32,000 nucleotides of DNA. It comes from an uncultured Pelotomaculum sp. Lineage in GTDB: Bacteria > Bacillota > Desulfotomaculia > Desulfotomaculales > Pelotomaculaceae. A program made the position numbers and the translations under genes. The notes under the pieces are model-generated. The model had not been told where the DNA came from. It was given only the letters and a program-made list of their open reading frames with translations, and did not search any database. The stretch covers positions 183,765-215,764 of the forward strand of contig CAYPRB010000003.1 of NCBI GenBank assembly GCA_964413055.1, given 5' to 3'. Shown piece by piece: positions 17,974 through 26,233 of the stretch. Numbering within the stretch: the first letter of the stretch is position 1; each line of letters starts with the position of its first letter.

Positions 17974-18201
17974 ATGAAGTGTGTGCGTTGTTTAAATGAT
18001 ACCGCAGCTAAGTTTGCTGAAGCTCCGGATAAGAGTGGGGCCTGGGAGATGTACATCTGCAGCAAATGCAATTTTTCGTGGCGTAATACTGAAGAGGAAG
18101 ATGTAATTAATCCGGAATTGCGGGATCCGAATTTCCAGCTTTCCAATGAAGCAATAGCAAATCTGCAAATTCTGGTGCCGGTTCCTCCCCTGCGCAAGTA
18201 A
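17974..18201 (+). CDS. Small D subunit of BsdBCD/VdcBCD/EcdBCD-type hydroxyarylic acid decarboxylase, paralog 1
   Basis: 75 aa with CxxC-N21-CxxC (MKCVRCL...YICSKCNFSWR) and a PVPPL tail. It sits directly downstream of the C subunit, which is the canonical position and size. Confidence 0.8.
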   Translation: MKCVRCLNDTAAKFAEAPDKSGAWEMYICSKCNFSWRNTEEEDVINPELRDPNFQLSNEAIANLQILVPVPPLRK

Positions 18202-18368
18202 GTTGTATTCTGTAAAATTTTTAAATAGTTAATGCGTTGGGTATTAATCTAAGATAAAATTAAATAAAACCTATTTGGTATGTCAAGTATTTAATTGTCG
18301 TAAGAATTTTTAAAATGTAACCGTGTAAGCCAATTCCTCCTCTCAGGGAAATGGATGGGGCTTGATGG

Positions 18369-18410
18369 GCCATCTGAAAAACTTAATAGATTTTCAGATG
18401 GCCTTTTTTT
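18369..18410 (+). terminator. Rho-independent terminator of the paralog-1 C-D operon
   Basis: GGCCATCTGAAAA-(10 nt)-TTTTCAGATGGCC followed by TTTTTTT. Confidence 0.85.
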
Positions 18411-18648
18411 CAAAATTTATCAGAAAATGAAGCTGACTATCGTGGATCCAGGCAAAAAAATTATTCAAAATTAAATTAAGACTTTCCATGGGTGATAATA
18501 TACCGGTTTTTTGTCCGCGAAAGACCGGATGCTATTTCATCTTTATATTCTGCGTAAATGTGGTCTTGTCTCATTTATTCTCAAAAAATTCAGGAAATTA
18601 CCTTGTTTAATGATATAATGATAGCAGATTCAAACAGCTCATAATGGG

Positions 18649-20598
18649 GTGGGGGTGAGTCTAATCGGTATTCAAGAAATGCAGATGGAAACAATGCTTA
18701 GATTGCAGGCCGGATTGGGTAAGAATTACTTAAAAGATAAGCGTGTACTAATTCTTAATGCCAAAGCAACCGGAATTCTGCGCAAAGATCTGATTTATAC
18801 CCTGGGTATAGAAAAAGCTAAGGGATTTTTAATCCGTTTCGGTTTTAACAACGGTTACCAGGATTTTGAAAACTCTGTTAAAAACCTCCCCCAAAACGCA
18901 AAAAATGATAGATATCAAATGGCTATTAATTTCCACAGGTTTATTGGTATGGCCAACGTCACCCCTCATTTGCACCATCGAGATGACGCCAATCATACCT
19001 GGACATGCGAAGGTACCTGGCATGATTCTTACGAAGCAGAGCACCACCTTAGGCATTTTGGTTCTGCAACAGAACCGGTATGCTGGACGCTGGTCGGCTA
19101 CGCCAGTGGGATCATGTCGGCTTTGTTTGGTGAAAGGGTAATAATCAAGGAAGTGTCCTGCGCTGCCATGGGTGACCAGTGCTGCCGTTACGTCGGCAAG
19201 AAGCTGTCTGATTGGGGCGAGGAGATAACTTCCGAGTTGCAGTACTACCATGGAACCAGTTTGGGCCAGGGGGCGGAGTGGCCGAATGCCAGTATTCAGG
19301 AGCAAAATGAGGTAATAAAACAATCACTGGCCATACAGAAGCAGATGACCAGGATGGTGTTAAATGGTGAAGAAATGTCAAAAATTATAAGCATGGTGGG
19401 CAGGATTATGGGCGCCACGGTAGTTGTGGAAGACCGGTCTTTTCAGCCGGTTGCCTATTATTCACCTACTATTTCAACTAAAAAAAATCCGACCACACAG
19501 GCGCCTTTTTCAACTAAAGACATCATCGGCGACTGGCGGTTGCGTCACCTGGCTAACACTTTAATTCAGGAAAAAAAGCCTGTAAGGCTCCCGGCGGAAC
19601 TGACCAGGAAAACTGTTTCCCAATTCATTTACCCAATAGAAATTAAACAGGAAGTCCTGGGTTATGTCAGTATATTTAAGCCCGAATTTAATCTAACAGA
19701 TCATGAAAAGATTATCATGGAGTATATGAATTCTGTCTTTGCCATCAAGATGGTACAGGACCGCACTGTTGCTAAAACTGAAACCCGTTTAATAGGTGAC
19801 TGCGTTTTTGAATTAATCGAGGGCAACTTTAAGTCTGAAGCTTCTATTATTGAAAGAGCGCGCTGTATAGGTTACAATCTTAAACTGCGTCATCAGGTGC
19901 TTGTAGTTGATCTAGATCGCACCGGGGTAAGTCTACCCAGAAGGTCGGGGCGGGGCGAAAGACAGGATCCCGGTTTAAAGGAACAGATGTGTGAAGCAAT
20001 TAACAGAGAGCTTAATATATATAATAAGTCCGGCACTGTGACAACCAATGGTCATTATATTATTGTCCTTGCAGCTCTGGAAAAGAACGCAGCCCCTGAC
20101 GTAACTACCGGGCTGGCACGGAATATTCAAAAGCTGATTGCAAGGAAGTTCCCGGTCACCGTTTCTATTGGTATAGGCCGGGTTTGTTATAAACCCAGGG
20201 ATTTTAGCCAGTCTTACCAGGAAGCCCGGTGGTCACTAAAGGTTATCAGAGGGTTAAACCAGGCTAATATGGTTATTTCCTTTGAAAGTTTGGGTACATT
20301 TGGACTCCTGTTTAACGCTGCCAATCAGGAAGACCTACTGGATTTTATGCAGGGACAACTGGGCAAATTGCTGGAATACGACACTAAGTACAACAGCCAG
20401 CTTGTAGAGTCACTGCATCATTATTTTAGTTGCAACGGCAATATTAAAGAGGCCGCCAAAGCTGCAGCATTGACCATAAGCGGTTTTAAGTATCGCCTCA
20501 AAAGATTATGTGAAGTAGGCAGCTTTAACCTGAAAGATCCGAATAAAAGATTTGATTTACAGTTAGCTTTGAAAATATGGTGTTTAATTAAAGGATGA
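18649..20598 (+). CDS. Hybrid transcriptional regulator: XylR_N + V4R aromatic-sensing module fused to a PucR-type body and C-terminal HTH
   Basis: 649 aa. The N-terminus ([41 protein letters not shown]...[17 protein letters not shown]...[17 protein letters not shown]) looks like the XylR/DmpR A-domain (XylR_N+V4R). The C-terminus ([36 protein letters not shown]) is the PucR HTH_30. There is no AAA+ sigma-54 domain. The start is ambiguous (GTG 18649/18655 or ATG 18679). Confidence 0.8.
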   Translation: MGVSLIGIQEMQMETMLRLQAGLGKNYLKDKRVLILNAKATGILRKDLIYTLGIEKAKGFLIRFGFNNGYQDFENSVKNLPQNAKNDRYQMAINFHRFIGMANVTPHLHHRDDANHTWTCEGTWHDSYEAEHHLRHFGSATEPVCWTLVGYASGIMSALFGERVIIKEVSCAAMGDQCCRYVGKKLSDWGEEITSELQYYHGTSLGQGAEWPNASIQEQNEVIKQSLAIQKQMTRMVLNGEEMSKIISMVGRIMGATVVVEDRSFQPVAYYSPTISTKKNPTTQAPFSTKDIIGDWRLRHLANTLIQEKKPVRLPAELTRKTVSQFIYPIEIKQEVLGYVSIFKPEFNLTDHEKIIMEYMNSVFAIKMVQDRTVAKTETRLIGDCVFELIEGNFKSEASIIERARCIGYNLKLRHQVLVVDLDRTGVSLPRRSGRGERQDPGLKEQMCEAINRELNIYNKSGTVTTNGHYIIVLAALEKNAAPDVTTGLARNIQKLIARKFPVTVSIGIGRVCYKPRDFSQSYQEARWSLKVIRGLNQANMVISFESLGTFGLLFNAANQEDLLDFMQGQLGKLLEYDTKYNSQLVESLHHYFSCNGNIKEAAKAAALTISGFKYRLKRLCEVGSFNLKDPNKRFDLQLALKIWCLIKG

Positions 20599-20940
20599 AC
20601 GACAGAGGTATATCCACATTTTTCAATAACAGACAACTTATTTTCGATTGTATCTATCTCTGGATAGGCATTAACCCAGTACTGCTGGATTTCCTCTGGT
20701 CTTGTATCGGTTAACCATGAGATTTCAGAAACAGCAATATAACCGTTATCCTTCAAATAATTTCTCCACAGGGACAGTCCCTTTTCAAAACCGATGTTGT
20801 AGATTGCCCCCTCCGACCATAAAATATAAAAACTGCGGTAGCATATCCACCGCTGTTATTTGTGCAGCTGTGTTATTTGCAAGGTTTAATGTTTGACCTC
20901 CAGTCCCACAGCCAATGTCCAATATTTTAGTTTTTTCATT
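20599..20940 (-). pseudogene. Class I SAM-dependent methyltransferase remnant (internal deletion plus frameshift, truncated at both ends)
   Basis: My own translation gives [38 protein letters not shown]. After a frame jump near 20818-20830 it continues [73 protein letters not shown]. Homology stops where the regulator gene ends. Confidence 0.6.
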
Positions 20941-20976
20941 CAATATTTGTCTCGTGTAATTCGATTTTCGACAGGA

Positions 20977-21022
20977 TACTACAATATATATTAGTACTGT
21001 TAGTATTAATATATATTGTAGT
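20977..21022. repeat. Near-perfect 21-bp inverted repeat (hairpin/palindrome)
   Basis: ACTACAATATATATTAGTACT (20977-20997) pairs with TAGTATTAATATATATTGTAGT (21001-21022), with one mismatch. Confidence 0.7.
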
Positions 21023-21246
21023 GATATTTTGCTTTAAACATCTTTATTATTTTAAAAAGTAATTTACTATTAAACTAGTATATAATATAATAAAAGAGTC
21101 AGTAATATAAAATAATACTAGCTTCTCATGCTCTAACAGTTTCCCCTGAAAAAGGGGGATTTAAAAAAACTTTAATCTTCATAATGCAGATAATCTTACC
21201 TGTTAGGTTTTTGGGGTCTAACTCATACTTAACTTGGCTAACTTGG

Positions 21247-21525
21247 TCAGGTTGTATGCAAATATTGAGTTGCCAACCCAGTATTTTGCGCCAGAGTTCC
21301 TCTGAACAGACTTCGTCTTAACCCGTACTTGCGTTTAAGATCTAGCAGCATTTTTTTACCCTTATAAGGTAAGCTAATTCTTTTCACGCCTTTAAGTTTT
21401 TTGACGAGGATGCAGTAAATCTGTTTTTGTTGCTTTTCAAGTTGTCTGTTTTTTTGTTTGATTTCCACTTTAGATATAGTTCCAAGCATCGTCCTACCGA
21501 TACTCCGCCCACAGACATGTTCCAA
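21247..21525 (-). mobile_element. C-terminal remnant of an IS1182/IS5-like DDE transposase
   Basis: EKQQKQIY...LDLKRKYGLRRSLFRGTLAQNTGLATQ resembles the ...EGK.IY...K...G.RR...RGL.KV...L.A C-terminus of IS1182/IS5 transposases. Only ~90 aa are present. Confidence 0.4.
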
Positions 21526-21626
21526 CCGCTGATTTTAACTGAAATTTTTCGGACAACATGAAGCGAACGCGTTATTACTATAAGAAACAGGTGCAGGTTT
21601 ACTAATAGTCAGCAGGGGTGATATTG

Positions 21627-22577
21627 ATGGAAATGCATCAGTTGGAATATGTCCTGGCCGTGGCAAAATATCATAATTTTACACGTGCTTCAGAAGTGTT
21701 GAAGACATCCCAGTCCTCACTTTCCCAGCAAATTATTAAATTGGAAAATGAGCTGGGCATCAGTTTATTCGTGAGAACAACCCGGTCTGTACAGCTTAGC
21801 CCGGCAGGAGAAGAATTTGTCAAGCATGCCAGGCGAATAATGTCAGAAGTAATTGAGGCCCGCCGGTGCATCCACGAGTATACATCCTTCGAAAAAGGCA
21901 ACCTGACGGTAGGAATCATACCTGTAGTGGGGCATTACCGTTTACCTAATCTGCTCTCATCTTATAAAAAAAACTTTCCCAGAGTAATTTTGAACCTCAT
22001 GGAAAGACAGTGCAATGAACTCATCCCCCTGTTGAATTCTCATAAAATTGACGCGGCTTTTGTTCATCAGACCGGTGAAGACCCCAATTTGCAATTTACC
22101 CCGCTGATAACCGATCAGATGGTTATTGTGACCAGTGAACGGCATCCCTTTGCCGCCAGGAAATCAATAAATATCAAAGAATTAGAATATGAAAAATTCA
22201 TTGCTCCACCACCTACTTCAGGCTACAATCAAGATTTTCAGAAAGCATGCCGGTCTGCAGAATTTAAACCCGAGATTATTCTGACTTGCTCTTCGGTTAA
22301 AACAATCCTTGGCTTGGTCCGTGAGGACCTCGGCATTGCAGCGTTGCCAGCCGGTGTAGCTTCAATGGACTGGGGGTTTGGGACAAAGAATTTAAAGCTG
22401 ATACCTACAATAAATTCAACTATTTTTCTGGCAACAAAGAATAAAGATTTATTCCCAACACTTAAAGAGTTTATAAAATTTACCTCAAAGTGGAGTCAAA
22501 AACAGACAAAACCGGACAATTATAAATTCATACCAATTAAATTATCTATCTCCGGACAAAAGTTGAAATTGGGTTAA
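21627..22577 (+). CDS. LysR family transcriptional regulator
   Basis: MEMHQLEYVLAVAKYHNFTRASEVLKTSQSSLSQQIIKLENELGISLFVRTTRSVQLSPAGEEF is the HTH_1 domain, followed by a LysR substrate-binding domain. I prefer the ATG at 21627 (SD AGGGGTG 6 nt upstream) over the GTG at 21618. Confidence 0.9.
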   Translation: MEMHQLEYVLAVAKYHNFTRASEVLKTSQSSLSQQIIKLENELGISLFVRTTRSVQLSPAGEEFVKHARRIMSEVIEARRCIHEYTSFEKGNLTVGIIPVVGHYRLPNLLSSYKKNFPRVILNLMERQCNELIPLLNSHKIDAAFVHQTGEDPNLQFTPLITDQMVIVTSERHPFAARKSINIKELEYEKFIAPPPTSGYNQDFQKACRSAEFKPEIILTCSSVKTILGLVREDLGIAALPAGVASMDWGFGTKNLKLIPTINSTIFLATKNKDLFPTLKEFIKFTSKWSQKQTKPDNYKFIPIKLSISGQKLKLG

Positions 22578-22663
22578 AATTTCTGTCTAGATTAGGAGAG
22601 AACCGGTTTGAGATTCAATCATCCTGTCCGGCTATTATTTGCGCAACTCTCTAACGAAAAAGA

Positions 22664-23191
22664 CTACAGCCAAACTACCAGCATGTCCCAGGCAATTTTC
22701 AGCCAGGCCGTGTAGGCATCCGGATGTTCTTTCATGTCTTTTTTTAAGTATTCCTTTGAGATCCACTTGTAATTAGCGACTTCTTTCTTATTCCTTTTCG
22801 GTGTACCTTCCCATTTCCCCACGAAGACATGATCATATTCCATTTCTGCCAAGCCATTTTCAAACTCAGCTTTATAAGTAAAGGAGAATATTTCCTCCAG
22901 CTCCGTGTCAAAACCCATTTCTTCCTGCAGCCTTCTGTGTACAGCTACCTTCAGGGATTCGCCCGGCCGTGGGTGGCCGCAGCAGGTATTCGCCCACAAC
23001 CCAGGACAGTGATACTTATATCCGGCACGCTGCTGGATTAACAACTCACCCCTGGAGTTGAAAACAAAAATAGAAAACGCCCGGTGCAGTTTTGGATTTC
23101 TGTGGGCATCGATCTTTTCAGCAGTGCCAATCATGTGATCATTTTCATCCACCAGAATTACATACTCATTATCTTTTCCGGTTTCTTTCAT
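22664..23191 (-). CDS. idi: Isopentenyl-diphosphate delta-isomerase, type 1 (Nudix)
   Basis: 175 aa. LHRAFSIFVFNSRGELLIQQRAGYKYHCPGLWANTCCGHPRPGESLKVAVHRRLQEEMGF...ENGLAEMEYDHVF aligns along its length to E. coli Idi as I recall it, including the catalytic Cys (TCCGHP) and the Glu region. RBS GGAGGTGG. Confidence 0.88.
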   Translation of the reverse strand: MKETGKDNEYVILVDENDHMIGTAEKIDAHRNPKLHRAFSIFVFNSRGELLIQQRAGYKYHCPGLWANTCCGHPRPGESLKVAVHRRLQEEMGFDTELEEIFSFTYKAEFENGLAEMEYDHVFVGKWEGTPKRNKKEVANYKWISKEYLKKDMKEHPDAYTAWLKIAWDMLVVWL

Positions 23192-23281
23192 AGCCCCACC
23201 TCCAGATCCTTTGAAAGCACCTGAATCTGAATATAGTTTTGGTCTTACCCAAACTATTTAACACTTGTTCTTAAAATCAAA

Positions 23282-23355
23282 CCAAAGCTATGGCACCCGG
23301 GATGGGGTATTCCCACCCCGGAATAGCAAGGTGCCGGTCCTTGCCATAGCTTTGG
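23282..23355 (-). other. 74-nt three-way-junction-like hairpin element downstream of the D subunit (copy 1)
   Basis: The basal stem is CCAAAGCTATGG(CA)/(TG)CCATAGCTTTGG. It encloses two sub-hairpins: CCGGGA-TGGG-GTATT-CCCA-CCCCGG and CAAGG-TGCCGGT-CCTTG. On the minus strand it is followed by TTTGATTTT, so it may act as a terminator. Confidence 0.45.
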
Positions 23356-23416
23356 CTTTGGCTATAAAGCCGAAAGCACACCACACTAGAGTCTTGTGAC
23401 TTTAAACAATCCCGGT

Positions 23417-23644
23417 TTACTTTTTGAGAGGAGGAACTGGTGAAAAAACCGGGATATTTTCGATTTCCACACCGGCCAGCTGGAACCAGGGATCTCTTTT
23501 TTCAGGGTCGATGACCTCGGGTTCCTCGGTTGAACGCCAGACATAATTGCACCGGTTGCAGATATATACCTCCCAGGCTTTGCTTCCGTCGGGCGCTTCC
23601 GCCACTTTAGCGGCGTTATCTGTTAAACAGCGGACACATTTCAT
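23417..23644 (-). CDS. Small D subunit of hydroxyarylic acid decarboxylase, paralog 2 (repeat copy 1)
   Basis: 75 aa with the four-Cys pattern MKCVRCL...YICNRCNYVWR. SD AAGGAG. It lies 22 nt after the C-subunit stop. Confidence 0.8.
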   Translation of the reverse strand: MKCVRCLTDNAAKVAEAPDGSKAWEVYICNRCNYVWRSTEEPEVIDPEKRDPWFQLAGVEIENIPVFSPVPPLKK

Positions 23645-23666
23645 GGTGAGAATCTCCTTTCGTGCT

Positions 23667-25100
23667 TTATCTGGCAGCAGCCTTTTGCAGGTCTACAAGG
23701 ATCTTTTGATACGGTTCCGCCTCGGGAATGCTGTCCACCATCCGTACCTCCCTGGATATTTCAGGGGCGGCGGGAGTTGTTGCGTCAATGATCAGTTTGC
23801 CGCCGATTCCCGGAGGCTCGGAGCATGGATCCAGAGGCATACCCGGCGTATTGGGGATTACGATTACATCTTTTTGAGGTCGTACCCTTGTAGATAAAGC
23901 CCACATGACCTGGACCAGGTTGAAGGGGTCCACATCCCCGTCTACAAGGATAATATTTTTGGCGTAGCTGGTACCGTGGGGGGTGGAAGCCAGTCTCATG
24001 CCCACCGTCTTGGCATAGGCGCCAAAACGGTTGTCTGTGGCGACGATGATCGTAAGGCCATGTTGATAAATGGCATTGACGGCTTTTACCTCCGGCATGG
24101 TTTCTCTCAACTGGAAATAAAGGGTTGCGCTTGTATTAAGTCCAATCAGGGTATCATGCTCCGTCCAGGGACGGCCCACGTACAGATTTTCAAAAATCGG
24201 GTTTTTGCGGGTGGTAACGGTATTAAGCTTAATCCGGAACTGGCGCCGGGAGCCCGAATAACTTCCCGGAAACTCACCGAAGGGTCCTTCAACGAAACGC
24301 TCTCTTGGTACAAATTCTCCCTCAAGCACAATTTCCGCATAGGCCGGGATGTCCAGATTAGCGGTAAGGGTCTTGGTTAAAATCTGGGGAGCTCCCATAA
24401 AGGCTGCCGCGTATTTGTATTCGGACTGGTCATATTGCAGGGGTGCGCTGGCCATCAGGCTGATCACGGGGTGGACGCCCAGGCATACGGCCACGGGCAG
24501 GGCCTTGCCCATTTCTTCCGCCTTGCGCAGGTGGATTCCGCCGTCATGGAAAGGCAACACCTGGATTCCCAGGGTGTCGGGTCCTTGGACCTGGATCCGG
24601 TACATCCCCACGTTCTGTTTATCCACATTATCAGGATCTTCCGGATCCCTGGTAACAACCGAGGCTTTGGAAAAGTAAAAGCCAGCGTCGTATTTGTTGA
24701 CCCGGAATAAAGGCAGGATTTCATAAAGATTAATATCTTTGGTGATTTTTACTTCCTGGCAGGGCGCGTCCTTAACCCATTTAATTTCGCCGTCACTGCC
24801 GCCGGCCCAGCGTCTGGCAAATTCAAAGAATTGATCTTTGAGCGGGGTGTCCTTGTCCATTCCCAGCATAACGGCATTGTTTGCCCAGGTGCCCAGAACA
24901 TTGATGGCAAGCCGCTTGCCTTTGTAGCCTTTGATGTTTTCGACCAGCACGGCCGGGCCTGTATTTCCCGCCGCTATATCCACGGCCGCCCGCCCGATCC
25001 GCCGGATATCCGGCTCGGGCATAACCTCATCGGTGTAGTGAACCAGCTGTCCCGTCTGCTCCAGCTTCTCTAAAAATCCGCGAAGACTGTTTCCTTCCAT
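23667..25100 (-). CDS. UbiD-family (de)carboxylase C subunit, paralog 2 (repeat copy 1)
   Basis: MEGNSLRGFLEKLEQTGQLVH...QNVGMYRIQV...FHDGGIH...QSEYKYAAA...EGPFGEFPGSYSG. The start is set at ATG 25098-25100, with SD AAGGAG at 25109-25114 and an 8-nt spacer. The GTG at 25109 used by the ORF track overlaps the SD. Confidence 0.92.
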   Translation of the reverse strand: MEGNSLRGFLEKLEQTGQLVHYTDEVMPEPDIRRIGRAAVDIAAGNTGPAVLVENIKGYKGKRLAINVLGTWANNAVMLGMDKDTPLKDQFFEFARRWAGGSDGEIKWVKDAPCQEVKITKDINLYEILPLFRVNKYDAGFYFSKASVVTRDPEDPDNVDKQNVGMYRIQVQGPDTLGIQVLPFHDGGIHLRKAEEMGKALPVAVCLGVHPVISLMASAPLQYDQSEYKYAAAFMGAPQILTKTLTANLDIPAYAEIVLEGEFVPRERFVEGPFGEFPGSYSGSRRQFRIKLNTVTTRKNPIFENLYVGRPWTEHDTLIGLNTSATLYFQLRETMPEVKAVNAIYQHGLTIIVATDNRFGAYAKTVGMRLASTPHGTSYAKNIILVDGDVDPFNLVQVMWALSTRVRPQKDVIVIPNTPGMPLDPCSEPPGIGGKLIIDATTPAAPEISREVRMVDSIPEAEPYQKILVDLQKAAAR

Positions 25101-25155
25101 TGTTGCCACTCCTTTTTGTTAAGTAAAGATAAACCTTTAGAGGCCTTCTTAAGTA

Positions 25156-25710
25156 TTAGCCGTTCCATCTCCTGCCGTTTACCTGCTTGATGCTGAACTG
25201 GTCAAGTAGTTTCATGACATGATGGCTTACTATATCTTCTATGTTCTCCGGGTGATTATAAAATGCAGGCATTGGTGGAACAATTTTTACTCCCATATTG
25301 GCCAGAAGCAGCATATTTCTCAGATGGATGGGGCTTAAGGGTGTTTCCCTCGGGCATACTACCAGTTTTCTTCCTTCTTTGAGCATTACATCGGCTGATC
25401 TTGAAATAAGGTTTTCACAGTAGCCGTTGGCGATAGAACTCAGGGTCTTCATGCTGCAGGGAACAACGATCATGCCGTCAGTGAGGAAGGAACCGCTGGA
25501 AGTTTTAGCACCAAGGTTTTTATTGTCATATACCGCTGCAGCCAGGTTTTCCAGATAATCCACAGAGCAGTTGGCTTCTAATCTCAGGTTTTCCTTGGCC
25601 CAGTGGCTCATGATCAGGTGGATATTTATATTTTTTTCTTTTAAAGCTTCCAACAACCTTACTGCGTAAATCGATCCTGTCGCACCAGTAATTCCCACGA
25701 CAATTTCCAT
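25156..25710 (-). CDS. ubiX: UbiX-family flavin prenyltransferase (B subunit), copy 2
   Basis: 184 aa. IVVGITGATGSIYA...IVVPCSMKTLSSIANGYCENLISRSADVMLKEGRKLVVCPRETPLSPIHLRNM. Confidence 0.92.
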   Translation of the reverse strand: MEIVVGITGATGSIYAVRLLEALKEKNINIHLIMSHWAKENLRLEANCSVDYLENLAAAVYDNKNLGAKTSSGSFLTDGMIVVPCSMKTLSSIANGYCENLISRSADVMLKEGRKLVVCPRETPLSPIHLRNMLLLANMGVKIVPPMPAFYNHPENIEDIVSHHVMKLLDQFSIKQVNGRRWNG

Positions 25711-25848
25711 TTTATTACCCCTTATTTAATAATAAAAAATCCTTTAATGAGCAGCGGTTCCAGGGTATTTAATCAATGCTAGGTCAAGGTTAATACGGAT
25801 ATCGTAGCACTGACGACGCAGGATTCTTAAAAGCCGGACGGGTATACC

Positions 25849-25922
25849 CCAAAGCTATGGCACCCGGGATGGGGTATTCCCACCCCGGAATAGCAAGGTG
25901 CCGGTCCTTGCCATAGCTTTGG
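25849..25922 (-). other. 74-nt three-way-junction-like hairpin element (copy 2)
   Basis: Identical to 23282-23355. It forms the outer edge of the 1838-bp repeat and has no adjacent U-run on the minus strand. Confidence 0.45.
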
Positions 25923-25983
25923 CTTTGGCTATAAAGCCGAAAGCACACCACACTAGAGTCTTGTGACTTTAAACAATCCCGGT

Positions 25984-26211
25984 TTACTTTTTGAGAGGAG
26001 GAACTGGTGAAAAAACCGGGATATTTTCGATTTCCACACCGGCCAGCTGGAACCAGGGATCTCTTTTTTCAGGGTCGATGACCTCGGGTTCCTCGGTTGA
26101 ACGCCAGACATAATTGCACCGGTTGCAGATATATACCTCCCAGGCTTTGCTTCCGTCGGGCGCTTCCGCCACTTTAGCGGCGTTATCTGTTAAACAGCGG
26201 ACACATTTCAT
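25984..26211 (-). CDS. Small D subunit, paralog 2 duplicate (repeat copy 2)
   Basis: The protein string is identical to 23417-23644. Confidence 0.8.
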   Translation of the reverse strand: MKCVRCLTDNAAKVAEAPDGSKAWEVYICNRCNYVWRSTEEPEVIDPEKRDPWFQLAGVEIENIPVFSPVPPLKK

Positions 26212-26233
26212 GGTGAGAATCTCCTTTCGTGCT

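Larger units (their letters stand above)
23282..25119. repeat. 1838-bp direct repeat, copy 1 (C + D subunits + 3' hairpin + RBS)
   Basis: The constant offset to copy 2 is 2567 bp. The boundaries were found by reading the flanks: a/c mismatch at 23281/25848 and t/g mismatch at 25120/27687. All listed ORFs on both strands have identical translations in the two copies. Confidence 0.95.

Noticed and set aside
20421-20756. 111-aa minus-strand ORF
   Set aside because: It is chimeric. Only the first ~52 aa are methyltransferase-like. The rest is antisense to the regulator's 3' end, so it is treated as part of the pseudogene.
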